Shown here piece by piece: positions 11,065 to 24,221 of a DNA stretch of 64,000 nt. A program made the position numbers and the translations under genes. This DNA comes from Callorhinchus milii (lineage: Eukaryota). The DNA is taken from contig NW_024704742.1 of the NCBI RefSeq assembly GCF_018977255.1, forward strand, positions 115,322,001-115,386,000, in the 5' to 3' direction. Numbering within the stretch: position 1 is the stretch's first letter; every line of letters starts with the position of its first letter. Below the pieces are notes generated by a model that had not been told where the DNA came from, ran no database searches, and saw nothing but the letters and a program-made list of their open reading frames with translations.

Positions 11065-11770
11065 AGCACCGTGGCTACATTTGCAGACGACGCAAAGCTA
11101 ATGGAGGTGTTAGACTGCAAATATTAACAGGTTAGGTTACAGGAGGACTTGAACATTCTTGGAAATTGGGCAGATTGATGTCAGATAAAATTTAACATGG
11201 GGACAAAAAATCCAGGAAGAGACTATTATTTAAATGGAAAGAAAATAATCTGTACAGGAAATGAAAAGGACGTGGGATCCTGATTGATAATAAATTGAAG
11301 CTATCCCAACAGTGATCAGTAGTGGTGAGTAAGGCAAACCAGATGCTGGGATGTATTAAAAGGGCAATATTGAGCCGAAATAGAGGGGTAATCCTGCCAC
11401 TTTATAAATCACTGGTGCAACTGCACTTGGAATATTGGTCGCTGTTCTGGTCACAGGCTTGATGCTGTGGGCCGGGCGGAAATCGGATTGTAGGGGTTTG
11501 AAGAGGGAGTGGTGGAAGAACAAACAAAGAAGCTGGTGGTGGTGACTCATTCTTGCACCTTGGAAAAGGAAGGCAGAGTGGAGTGGGTCAACGTCTGGAG
11601 AGTTTAGGAGAGAGATTAGAGGAAAATTCTTCTCTCAGAATATCTTTAGTATGTAATTCATTACCAAAAGAGTCATTTTAATGCTGAAGCAGTAGAATCA
11701 TTCAAACGGGAACTGTATAAATAGCTGACAGTTAAATCATATGGAGAGAGCTGAAAAGTGGGAATTCAGC
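11065..11770 (+). mobile_element. CR1 RT fragments, interrupted by an antisense L2 piece at about 11460-11580
   Basis: FADDAKL, LQEDL and LYKSLV..LEY motifs; the insert reads LQSDFRPAHS on the minus strand. Confidence 0.8.
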
Positions 11771-11805
11771 AAGAACGACAACAAATTACATTAATAAATA
11801 AATCA

Positions 11806-12510
11806 TCAACAACAACAACTTGCATTTATATAGCGCCCTCCACGCAGGGTAACGTCTCAGAGTGCTTAACAGTGGTGGAGCCTGACGCCGAGGCGGGGGA
11901 GGTGGGGGTTAATAATAATAATAATAATCCTTGCATTTGATATAATTGCGCACAGCAATGTCCCACAAACAGTCGTAGATTGAAAATGACCAATTTATTA
12001 TTGTTCTTGGTTTTGGAGGGATTATTATTAGGCTCTGTGTGGAGTAAGGAAACTTGCCCAAGGTTTCGCCCTGCCTGGAATTGAACTCAGGTCTCTCGCT
12101 TGCAAAGCGAGTGCTCTAACCACTGAGCTACAGGACTCCAAACAGGGTTGGTGAGAGGTGACCATAGGCATGGTCAAAAAGGGTGTGACTTGAAAAAGGG
12201 GAGAGAGGGGCCAATGCGGAGGGATTGAGGGAGAGTGTTACAGAGTTTTGAGGCGTAGAAGCTTAATGCGCGACCTCCAATGTTGGAGGGGAGGGTGCGT
12301 GGGACAAGCAGGAGGCCGGTGTCAGTCGAGCGGAGATGCCAGGTGGTGGATTGGGGAATGAGGAAGTCAGAGAGGTGGGGAGGTGCTAGGGAGTGAAGGG
12401 ATTTGAACACGAGTGTGAGGATCTGGAAATCAATCTGTTCGGTGATGGGGAGCCAGTGGAACCTGGCCAGAACTTGTGAGATGGGGGTACGGAGTTTGGT
12501 CTGGTTAAGT
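11806..12510 (-). mobile_element. L2 3' fragment split by a SINE
   Basis: FHWLPITEQIDFQILTLVFKSLHSLAP...GGRALSFYA at 12174-12510; L2 tail with (GTT)n at 11806-11910. Confidence 0.9.
11911..12139 (-). mobile_element. Young SINE with tRNA head and internal deletion of the 3' stem-loop region
   Basis: Head GGAGTCCTGTAGCTCAGTGGTTAGAGCACTCGCTTTGCAAGCGAG; GCGCAAT joins directly to TATATCAAATGCAAGG. Confidence 0.9.
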
Positions 12511-14059
12511 ATGCAATAAGCCTCTAGACACAATGGACCGTAAGGCTTCGCTCTGGGCAGAGAATGATTATGTTTCTGTGTAGAATTATGCACAGCTACT
12601 CATGTTCATTCACTCCAGGGTATGCTTGGATACAATTGACTGGTTAAAACTACACACATCCTCACTCAACGCAGTATTCAAACACTCAAGTCAATTGCTG
12701 ACTACAAATAATTTATGCTGCACACACCTAAATGAGATGCGTGCTTTTTTTTGTCATGATTAAAATTATGCCTTAGAACAATATTGAGCAGGAGTTAATT
12801 AATTAGATCACTGCCTCTTCCCATATTTTAAAGGAACACATTCCCTTTATTCAATCCGACCCACTCTACAACCAGCAATGAAAGAATAGGGCTGATCCAG
12901 ACTGGCAGGAACATGTCCCATTAGTGCCCAGAAAGTGAAGTGATTAACCCATCCCTAACAGCAGGTTTTCATGAGGAGATAAGAGGGAGTCAAACTGTTT
13001 CATTGAGTTCCATAGGTTCAGGGCTTGTAGGGCAGTTGCAGGAGGTTGTGCAAAAATTGGCTCAATCATGTACACAATTATGGCTATGAAAAACTTACAC
13101 CCTTTATCTCAGCATTTGATTTGCATAAGACTTTGATGCTGTGGTATAAAATGCTTGTAAAATCCATTTGTTTTGCTAATAATTTAACACACACCTCCAT
13201 ACTGTCCCAATAAAACAGGAATTTTCCATTGTGTTACCTGAGATGGAGCATCCATTTGCTGACAAACACTGTTAAGAGTCCGACTGATTTGCAACAATTG
13301 CTGACAGAGGGGTTAAAACTGCGCTAAACCTGTTCCAGTCCCTAATTCTCACCAGTGATAATTAAGGAATGGAAGAGATCACGGTTAGGAATTCTGTAAT
13401 TTTGACCCAGAGTTGTTACTGATAAAAATGAATTACATACTGTTTAATTAGTTCTGCGTGCTTTGTTCAGTTAATTATAATTTTGGAGTTTGAATAACTA
13501 AATTGCTTGGAGTTATGAAACAGTCATATTTCAGCCAGAAATGTGGACCTGGTAAGAATGAGGAGGCAGAGGAAGAAGGCAAAGCAGAGATGGATTGAGG
13601 GATAGTAATAAAAAGGACAATAAAAAAAAAGGCAAAATAAATTATTTTAGGATTGGAGTTCACAATATCGAAAGATTGGTTTGGATCTCAATCTTCCAGA
13701 ACTCCCATCATAGCATTAATCTGCATTTTAAATGAGTCCAGTATCCTGGCCTCAACCCTTCCTGGTAACCTGTTCCAGTCAGTAATGGTGTAGTGCACAT
13801 AGATACGTAGACAAAAAGAGTGAAAATGGCCCAGAGACACATCAAATCTGATTCCAGCAAAATTGTTCCACTTCACCTCCCACACAATGTACACCTATAC
13901 ATCACTCCTGGTCCTGACCACCCAAGCCATACCCAGGGGAGGCGGAAAAGAGAGAAAAACAAATGCACCATGGAGAGTTCGCGAAAAAAAGATTTCTCAA
14001 GAAAATTCCTCCTTGACCCCAGAAGGAAATCAATTGAGGATTTTGAGATTAATAGTTTA

Positions 14060-14400
14060 GGCTGACAGTCTAGTGCAGTTGTGCGGGAGGGCTGCATTGT
14101 CAGAGATGCCTTCCTTTAGATGAGGTGTTGTCCTAAGGCCTGCTCAGACAGATATAAAAGATCCTTTAATTGTATACAGTATTTGAAAAGACAAAGGAGT
14201 AGCTCCCAGTCTCCTGACCGACAACTCTCCAGATAAATTAATTATTCAGTTCGTGGCATTTTGTGAGGCTTTACTGTACACACACTGACTCTCACATTTG
14301 CCTCCAAGCACACACAAGTCACTACACCTGACAGCAATTATATGTGAGACGTTCTGACATTAGACACTTTATCAAATGCAGAATGCTATTATTGTTATTA
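14060..14400 (+). mobile_element. Old Deu-domain SINE, decayed
   Basis: GCTGCATTGTCAGAGATGCCTTCCTTTAGATGAG...AAAAGATCC...CCCAGTCTCCTG. Confidence 0.7.
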
Positions 14401-14420
14401 TTAATAATAAAAATAAAGAG

Positions 14421-14677
14421 CCCTACACGAAGCAGGTACATTTTCCTTACTCCACACGCCTAATAATAATCCCTCCAAAACACAACAATAATAAATTGGT
14501 CATTTTCAATCCACGACTGTTTGTGGGACATTGCTGTGCGCAATTGGCTGCCGCGTCCGCCCACAAATATACAGTCAATTCACTTTACAGTGTGTTCTGT
14601 GAAGCGCTTTGGGACGTCCTCCCGACGTGAAAAGCGCTATATCAAATGCAAGGATTATTATTATTATTATTATTATT
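14421..14677 (+). mobile_element. Young SINE, subfamily with an L2-matching 3' stem-loop
   Basis: CpG-intact core; tail GCGCTTTGGGACGTCCTCCCGACGTGAAAAGCGC; (TAT)n. Confidence 0.92.
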
Positions 14678-14996
14678 TCCAAGAAGGATTGAGACAAATT
14701 TCCGACAATACGCGATTGGACCCAAAGCCAGTCAACTGCATCAAGTTACCACAGACACAACAATGAGTGAATCAGCGAAAGGTTAAGACAAGCACTGTAG
14801 ATGGAATACATGGACTTCTCAGCTTGGTTTAGATACACTTGAACATTGTGATGGGTTTCTGCATGTCGCGGCTGACCAAAAAAAGACAAGCGCCTGTTTG
14901 AAGTAGAGCTCACCGATAATAACGTTTTTTGCTAATCTTTGTGTAATTTTTCTGCAGCCAATTGCATTCGAAAATAAAATCCGTAGTTTGATGAAT

Positions 14997-15018
14997 AGAG
15001 AGAGAGAGAGAGAGAGAG
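14997..15018. repeat. (AG)n microsatellite
   Basis: Uninterrupted AG run. Confidence 0.95.
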
Positions 15019-15559
15019 TGAAAGCAAGATCCTAGTGTAAGCATTAGATTACATCCCCGGTGACAACGTCCAACTAATTTGCTGTAGATTGTATTAGCAG
15101 AGATTCAGCATCAACTGCTGTTGGAGATCCCTGGAGACTCTCACAGTGATGACAGGTGGGTCTGTTGCCAGTGATATTGTTAGTTGGTTGGAATATTCTT
15201 CCCGTTTGACACTGTGAGATGTCACTGATGTTGGCTTTATAATGAATAGTTAAAATTGACGTATGGAATATGGCTCTTAATGAAGTAAAGCCTTGCTCAG
15301 CCTCTTTGATAAGGATTTGCCGTTGTCCTTTGTATGAGACATAAAACCGAGGCTCTGCCTGTCTCAAAGCACTCCATAGGTAATTACTGCTATTCATAGG
15401 CAAATATAGCATTTACACCACCAGGGTCCTTCAAGCAGCTATGAATTGAATGACCAATTTATCTGCAGTATTGATCAGTCCAAATCCTTGACTGTCCAGC
15501 GCCTTGGTGCGTCCTCCTGATGTGAAAGCCGCTATATAAATGTAATTTGTTGTTTTTAT

Positions 15560-15810
15560 TGTTAGCAACACATCCAGAGAATCTCCCTTCCCCTTTTCAA
15601 ATACAGTAATATCATGGGATCTTTTGCATTCACTTGAACACAGACAGGACGTTGGTTTAATTTCTCATCTGAGGGTTGGAACCACCAGAAATTCAATGTT
15701 CTCCCAGCAAAGCATTGAGACTCTGAGCTCAGTCCACAGTGGGGTTTGAGTCCATCACCATCTGGCCTAAAGGCAAGAGTATCACCGACCGAGCCTGGCT
15801 GACACACCAC
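15560..15810 (-). mobile_element. Old Deu-domain SINE, 5' half
   Basis: Minus strand: GTCAGCCAGGCTCGGTCGGTGATACTCTTGCC...GATGAGAAATTAAACC...AAAAGATCCCATG. Confidence 0.75.
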
Positions 15811-18050
15811 AATGCCATATGTTTTACGCAGGTGTAGAGTGAAAACCTGGAAAGGACCAGACATTTCAAATCTAAAGGCTGAGTTGCAGTATGAACAGTA
15901 CTCAGCACTAACACACAAACATCGCTCACAGTGCAGCTGCACACGCAGCATGAGAGTGCAAATTAATACTGAATTAGGGACGTTTTGTGCTGTGAACCTA
16001 TGTCCCGGAGGAACTGAATGGAGAAAGTAAATTCGACAGAGGATCGTTACAGCCCGCAGACAAAGGAGACTATTAGCCCATTAATCTGGACTACATTTGA
16101 ACCCAGATACGTTCCTAGAAGTGAAAGCCTGGTATATAAATGGACATGCAACTAAATTCTTATGTCAACCAGTGGCTCATCACATTAGAGCAGTCATTGC
16201 TCGGTGAGGTTTCAGGAACATTGAGAACAGGAGGAGACCTTTCAGCTCACTGAGCCTGTTCCATCATTTTAGATCTTGTCAGGTATTTGAACCCTATTTC
16301 TCCACCTTTTCTTTTTAGCCCTTTTATATCTTTACTGTTCAAATATCTACCTGTTTCCCTCCAGTTCCCAAACTCCACCACCGCATCCTCCTCAGTATAC
16401 TCATTATCCCAGTCCTCATCAGGCTCCACTGCCTCCCTGAAGAAATCCATTTTAAAGTCTTCACCCTCACCTATAAATCTCCTCATGTCCCAGTATCTCT
16501 CTATCTCTATGATCTCCTAACACACTTCTTTGCTCAACCCTCCATCATGTTGTCCAGTGACCCTTGCACATACAAACACATTCACAACCACAACTTGGTT
16601 TAGCTTTGATGCTCTCCACAGCTGAATAGACTGCTGATTGACATTCACTGTCATCCCCCACCCCCCCAGGTCCTAATCTCTGACTGTTCAGCGCCTTGGG
16701 ATGCCTCTTGATGTGAAAGGCGCTTTACAAATGTAATTTTGTATTGTATTGGCACATAAAGAATGGTCACTTGGACAAGTGACCAGACAGTGGCCAGATC
16801 CTGTGATACTGCATTTCAGCTTGGGACAGATCCTTTAAGATGAAGGGAAGGGAAGACAAAGGAGAGAAAACTAACAAAAAAAAGAACACAAGAGCACTCA
16901 TTGCTTCCACCATGGATGCTGGGATTCTTTCAGAAGTGGCTGAACCTTAGCTGCATATGAATAATAGCTGCAATTTGGAGGTACCAATTCCTTTGCTCCC
17001 TTTGAATGCATTTAATTTTTCCTCTGTGGTTTAGTCCCAAGAAGAGAAATTGCCTTTAAATATCCTGCACCAATCATCTCTCACATGGATGCCATGTAAC
17101 ACAGGACACCAATGTGAAATGATGTTCAAAATGCACTCTGACTAATTAATAATCTCCTCTTTAAGTCGCTACATTAAAAATATTAGCAAAGAGCACTATA
17201 GCTGTGCATAGCACTTAGGGAAATAATGAAAGTGAAAATCTTCCTTCATTATGAGATGCAGGCGATGTATTCATTCAATCAATGCAACACTAAAAGGCGC
17301 AACCATTTCCTCTGCTGGTAATGTTATTCTTATTCCATATTAAGAATTTATGGTAGTTGACCTGGAGACACTTCTAGGGAGAAATTCCACCTGTGTCTAG
17401 GCGCACTCTATTTTCTTAGCATTTCAGACCATCTAGAATTTAGCAAATTGTTGAATTTAGTTTTAGGTTTGAAGCCAGTAACACCTTCCAGTAACTGTCA
17501 TCCCAAGCCTCTGAGTTTTGTTTTCAGCTATTTGATGAACATTTGTCTTCAGTATGGTGGGAGGACCTTTATAGAATAGTTTTGCGATTTGACAGCCACC
17601 TGATATTCTAGAGGTCCAAGTTCATTATTGAATGAATATTTTTGTTTGATTGTGAGTGGCAATGACACAATCTGAGCAGCTGGCTTCAAGCAGTTATTGA
17701 GCTTGGCAAAACGAGGGAACGAAGCACTAACAGGGTACTTACAGCCATTAACTCCATGTGCTTTAGCACATGTGTCATTCTATGTGTGTCGTTTAATTTA
17801 GGTTCTTTCAACTGCCAATTTGAATTATGGAAATCACCGCCACAGAATCTTTAAACATCAGCTAAGCTGTTCGAGAAAGGATGTCCATGAGAACAAATAG
17901 CTATAGCTCCTGTTTATAATTCTCAGTTGCAGTCAGCCCCAACATTAATCTCCACAGATAGATTTCAATGGAATCAGGTTGAGTTAAACAATACAAAACA
18001 CAAACACTTAAAGTTGTCTGCAGCATAATATTTTGGGACTTGTAAATTGT

Positions 18051-18422
18051 GGAGTCCTGTAGTTTAGTGGTTAGAACACTCGCCTCGCAAGTGAGAGGAC
18101 CTGTATTTGATTTCCGTCAGGGTGAAACGTTGGGCAAGTTTCTTTCCTCCACATGCCTGTTTACTTAGCAGTAAATAGGATCTCAGTTGTTAGTTGATTG
18201 GCGGATCGTTTTTTCAGGGGTAATAATCCCTTCAAAAAAAAAATCATTTAGTCATTCAATCCACGACTGTTTGTGGGACACTGCTGTGCGCAATTGGCTG
18301 CCGCATTTCGCCCACAAAATATAAATTCAATTCACTTTACAGTATATTCCACAAAGCACTTTGAGATGTCTCGAAGATGTAATAAGGCACTATATCAAAC
18401 TGCAAGGATTAGGGATTATTAT
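18051..18422 (+). mobile_element. Full-length young SINE, long variant
   Basis: tRNA-like head with CTCGCAA loop, extra CAGTAAATAGG...GATTGGCGGATCG segment, core and tail. Confidence 0.92.
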
Positions 18423-19479
18423 TTGTGTATGCATTTGTGTATCTGTGCGAGAGATGCAGTTCATCATTGTCTTATTTACCTGCAAGATATTGGTCATGAA
18501 CGCAAACAGTTGCAGAAGGCTGACTTGTCAAGGAAACTGTTGTGACGTGGCTTGGCTACAATGGTTTCAAAAGCAGCAAAGCTTTTGAAATATGCAGAGA
18601 TGTTGTGACACTGAGCTCTAAATTTGTGTTCCGGGGGTATATCTGAAAGGTGGGCGCATGAGCCACAAAATAATGCTCCTTATCTAGATATTCATTTAAT
18701 GAGCCAAACTGGCATGAAGATAAAAAAAGGCCCCTTTTTCAGTCTTTTATTCATTACAGGAACACTGCTAGAAGAAAATATTCCTTCAGCACCAGAACAT
18801 AAGTGGCAGCTGATTTGCTAATCCAGAGGCAAGTCTGAACTGTTTGCCTGGAGTCCCAGCCTGCAATGTGTAGATGAATTCAATTCATAACACAGATGTA
18901 ACTAAGCGAGTTTCCAACATTAGATTTAAACTCCAGTATCTGCTGCCTGTCATTTCTCATTTACAACTCCCTAAAGTCCTTTTCATCATCACTCCCATTT
19001 CAACTTGCTCTTACAACAATTTCGCCTTAAAGGAGACGAGTGAGTTATGGCCACTTCTAGCCTATTTGCTCACCACGTTGCTCAAGTGCATTACATCTGT
19101 TTCCCACCACAGTGTGTTAGCCTTGCTCAGTTGGTAGCACTCCTACCTCTCTGTTTAAATGTGTTCAAGAAAAAGGTCCCAATCCTTGGCAAGTAGGAAA
19201 CCTTGTTAATGCTTTACACCAGATCAGTGGTCTCTGCTAACTGCGTGCTAACAATGACAGCAATCTGATGAAGTCCAAGTTAAAACAGTAAATTCTCTTT
19301 CTCTTTCAAATGGTAATTTAACCTGCTCTGCAACTACTGTCTTTCCTGTTTATTTATTCAAATAAAGGTTATTTTTTAAATAAAAGTGGTCAATTATTTT
19401 CTAATTTCTCCCCAATGGCATTTCCGTCTATTCCTGATCCTCAATCTCCTCTTGCCGGGGGGCAGTTCCAATGGTTGCC

Positions 19480-19790
19480 TTCCAATATCCTATCCAAGTG
19501 ACGGTTGTTCATGTGTGACTCTTGACATTGAGTGTTGGCTCGGCCAGAGAGTGTCACAGCCAAGCCTATCTCTCTCTCCATGCCCGACTGCCACACATGC
19601 AGATATATACCAGTAGAGGGTGGTGAAGAGTGGCTAGCAGCAGGAAACCCAGCTGATTTTAACCTGTGTAACCCAGGGCAGGCTAGGGTTAATATAGCTT
19701 CTGTATTCATTTCCAACTGAGAACAGGAACCCCAGCATGGACCAGTGAGCTCCTGGGCTGAAAGCTGCAACTCTAACTACGACACTGTTG
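19480..19790 (-). mobile_element. Ancient SINE resembling AmnSINE2
   Basis: Minus strand AAAATCAGCTGGGTTTCCTGCT...GATAGGCTTGGCTGTGAC...CAACACTCAATGTCAAGAGTCACACATGAACAACCGTCACTTGG; related pieces near 24106, 36010, 54610 and 59920; family name from memory. Confidence 0.6.
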
Positions 19791-21529
19791 GGGCTGCCCA
19801 CTGCTTTCTTATGATCTTTACCTCAGGAAGCCCTGGCCTTGTGTTGATTTCCAACCTGACAGACAACAGGCACTAATCTAAATAGCTTAAAGCTTGATTC
19901 CACATAGTGCATTTCCAGTGTGGAACCTGTCACATTTCTGGCATCAATTGTTACATTTTTCAGTGATGCTCAGTCTTATCCTGAAAATTAGTCATTCATT
20001 TTCAAGCAGTATTTTAATTGCATAATTGTCTCCTAGCTGTAACTAACAGGATTGTTGCTACCGAATTAGGGAAACAATCATTATAACTCAGCATTCAGAT
20101 TTCTAATTGGTAACAGCCTTCAGTTTCAAGTTCTTGCTGTTGTGTCATCTTCAACTCTTTATGAATTGATTAAAATTCTTTTTTTATTGAGTTTGATAAT
20201 GTCTTATTATGTTCTGTTTAAACATCTTGGGGTGAAAATTGCATCTATGTTACTGAACGCCCATGGTGCTAATTAACACATTGTTGAAAAAAGCCTCAAG
20301 TTGAATAGTGAATTATTGACTGGGCAGGCGCATATGGGAGGCGTACAACCTCTCAAACACTATTCACAATTGTTGCACCCAGAAGCCAGTTGCATGGTGC
20401 CATTTGACAACTCATTTGTAGACTGCAGCATTGGATTGCCAGTTAGCGAGATACAAGCTAAACTATTTTTCAGCGTTTTTTCACACATGTGGTTTTGTAA
20501 AACTAAACAATTTGTACCTGGGTCATTATGTACATGCAAAAAGGGATAACTGGGTATGATTGGACAATAATAACAAATTGCATTTATATAGCACCTTTCC
20601 CATCGAGAGGATATTACAAATGCATTGAGTGCTTCAGAGGAAGGCAAACATCACTGAAAGTGAAGTTTTTGCATCAGCTGGTTTCTGTCCTACCGGTGAT
20701 TTCTGCTTTCAAATCGTTCCATTGAGGCAGATAGTAGAGTATCTCAACATTCAGATTTTCTAGTGAGCTCCCTAACTGAGCATTATTATTATATCCACTT
20801 TGATATCCCTATTTGGTTTTTGCCATGTGCTGTAAATCTTTTCCTTGCTTTGATATTGCACAACTAAGCCTTTATTTTAGGCACAACTAAAATTGACAGA
20901 CTGCAAGATATTCTAAAATATAAATCAGTTCATCAGCAGGTGATGTATGTGTTCAGTGTCATAAGCTCTTCACACCTGCCCTTAGAAGTACACTCACACA
21001 CAAGCAAAGTTCAACTTTCCTAATGTGTAACTGTACTACCAAGGTCTCTCCTCCTGGAAGGGGTACCAAATTCAGAAATGTTTTTTTGTTCTGATGTGAT
21101 GCATGTTCTCTTTATTCTCCCCCGCCCACCACCCCAACATTAACAGCCAGCAGGAAAAAAATTACTGTGATCTCAAGCAGTTTGTCCATGGAGATGCCAA
21201 ATGGATGAGAGATGATTTCCCAGGAGGGGTGGAGACAGAGACAGAGAGAAGAGAGAGAACATTAGAAGATGAGTCATCTTGGCTTCCTGTGAGGCACCAC
21301 CTATTAGGGTGTGGAAAGACCCCAGGGAACTGTTCACCTACCTATCTTTCAGTGTGAAGGATATGCGGAACAAGAGAGTTTAAACTTCAAATGGAAAAAC
21401 ACAGAAAAATAAGTTTGAAAATGAAGGGGGGGGTGCAATTATACAAATATTTATCCCGTATTTTAGCTTGCATCCAACTCTGCCACTGTTCAGCACTCTG
21501 AGATGCTATCCTGTGTGAAGACTGCTATA

Positions 21530-21775
21530 TAATAATAATAATAATAATCCTTGATATAGTGCCTTATCAAGTCTTTGAGACATGTCAAAGCACTTCACAG
21601 AATATACTGTAAAGTGAATTGACTATATATTTTGTGGGCAAAACATGTCAGCCAATTTCACACAGAAGTGTCACACAAACTGTAGTGGATTGAACTGACC
21701 ATTTTTAAAAAAAAAGGAATTATTACCCCTGGAAAAGCAATCCACCATTCCTACTTACTGCAAGGTAAACAGAGG
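21530..21775 (-). mobile_element. Young-type SINE (long variant, truncated), tail-to-tail with a short L2 3' end
   Basis: (AAT)n ATCCTTG...CACTTCACAGAATATACTGTAAAGTGAATTGAC...CCTACTTACTGC. Confidence 0.85.
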
Positions 21776-24221
21776 TAAGTTGTTGTTTTTCTTTGTTTGC
21801 TGTTATAATAACTTTTCTTTAGACTGTGTACATTGGGGCCCAAATTCAACTATTTAAACAGGATTCCTTCATTAAGAATCTGGATGTACACAGTGTCAAC
21901 TCGCAAGAACTTTCTCCGACACAACCTACTTCCTGAGTGGGGTGTCAATGTAAGTGCATGAGCAATATTCAGTCTCTGGAAGGAGTCTCACTCAGATTCT
22001 GTGTGAACTCACTGAGATCCCATTGAGTGTTGATAATGATACAGTGAAACACAGGTCTCAGCCAAATATGTTCTTTCTCATTCAGTTAAACACGTGGTTT
22101 TGCCTCAGCAACAAAACAATTGAATTGGTACCCATGTCCTTGTACACAAAGAATATGGATAACTGGGAGTGATTGCAAAGCAGTAATCTCACTGAATGCT
22201 CCAGATGCAGTCATGAAGTACAAGAGTGAACCTTGTGCAGTTTATAGCTACCCTCTAATCTCTTGGGTGACTTCTACCATTTTCAAATCACGCTGAGGTT
22301 TTAATAATTTTCATAACCTCTGGAACTCCTTCCCTCTATTACTCCATCACTCCCCCCCCCCCCCTATTTTCTGTCTTTAAAACCCACCTAAAATCCTATC
22401 TCTAGAAATGCGCTTATGGCCACCTCCCCACTCTTCCTTCTTTGCTATGCATTCCGAGACGCCGTCCGCTTGAAGAGTGCTATACAAATGCAAATTGTTG
22501 TTGACATCCATCTCTGTAAAATACTCCAAGACTTTATCCTGCATGAAGGTACTGTATAAATCCAAGTTGTTGTTGTTATTTTCTGATATTCACAAAATGG
22601 CAAATTGTTTTTTCTAAATGTCAACCAACATACAAATACAGGACGAAGAACAAATTGCCATTGGTTGTTAATAGCACTTCCCATCCCTTTGGCAAATATC
22701 GCAAATTAGCCTTAGCATTGTAAGATTCATGGGATTGTTTTTATCTGATTTTGTGACCGTTTCTTAATCCTGCAGCAGCTCTCAACCCAGGTAACTTCTC
22801 CCTTCATACCCTAGGCTGATGGTGCTTAATGACATCTCCAGTGATGAATTAATGACCATGATGTATTCAATCCTACTGTATCGAGCGATTGTCAACAATT
22901 GGTTTCTGGGAAACAATATAAGTAGTTAATCATTTAAGGATGTTGAAGGATGAATATTGAATTAATTGCAAGGTTCTATACTAGCTAAAGCTTCTTTTGA
23001 TCTAGCCAGAGGGTTCAACTGGCCTTCTCTGAATTCCGAGATGAGACTGCTGACTTGAGTTCACTCTAGAGCATCAGTTATTCTTTTAAATAATGTATAT
23101 ATTTAATAGAGGCTTTCTTCAACCTTGGGTCTGTCTTTGTTCTATCAATGACTTTGAGTGAGGATGTCAAGTGCTGTTGATATGAGATGACATTATTCTG
23201 ACAGCATAGAAAAAAGAAAGGAATTTTGCATTTTTATAGTCGTTGCTTCGGAGCATCTCAAAGATAATTACTATCAAGTGTAGTGACTGCATACTGCAGG
23301 CAAATGCAGCTGTCATTTGCTCACACAAAGGTTCCATAAAAATACATGAAAAAAAATCAATTGTTGTCAGTTTTTTAACGGCCACCTGAACAGGCAAACA
23401 GGATCTTGTTTTAATGTCTCATTCAAAAGATAACACCAGTGACAATGCAGGACTCCTCAAAATAATGTGCCAAGTGTCAGCCTGGACTATGAGCTCAAAG
23501 TCCTAAATAATATATAATCTTGTCACATTGCTCTGACTAGTTTAATGAGAAATAATTTATAGTAAATATTATCAATGGATACAATAATATTTCCTGGCTA
23601 GGGCAGAACTTGCTTGTGGTGGAATGGGCTCGAGAGGCTGAATGGCCTACTCCAGTTATTATGTTCCTAACTCTTCAGTTTGTGCTTTTCTATACATTAA
23701 GAAAATCAACCAGAACTAATTTCATGTATCTGTATGAACTGTGGGAAACGTCAAGAAATCTATCTGTTGTGCCCATTGGGTTCTACGAAACAAGATTGAG
23801 TGTTTTCGAACCTTAATGGAAAATAAACCGAATAAAAAATGCTACGCACAGACTCTTCCAACATTTTCAATTCTTGTGTGGAACCCGCAGCCCATTTGAA
23901 TGTGATCTGTCGCTGCCACAAATATCTGCAAGAAAAACTATTGTATGGTCTATTTACATACTTACTCAATGTTTCAAAAGAATCCAGCCAGTTTACCAGT
24001 TCTGTACTCCCTTAATCCCACTAGATACAACCCATGTGGTTCTTGAAAATCCATAAAGCTCACAATTTAAAAACCCTCAATGATTATTATAAGTTTTGAG
24101 GCACTGAACTGATGGCTCAGCAAGTTTATTTGTTAAGTAGTTGAGCCATACACATTGGATGGTTTAAGTCACCAGTCACCAGTCAGCGCTGAGCTAGCTG
24201 ATCTAGTTGTTTGCACTCATC

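Noticed and set aside
18480..18642. Minus-strand coding exon with good splice sites
   Set aside because: Stops in all three frames; could only be non-coding
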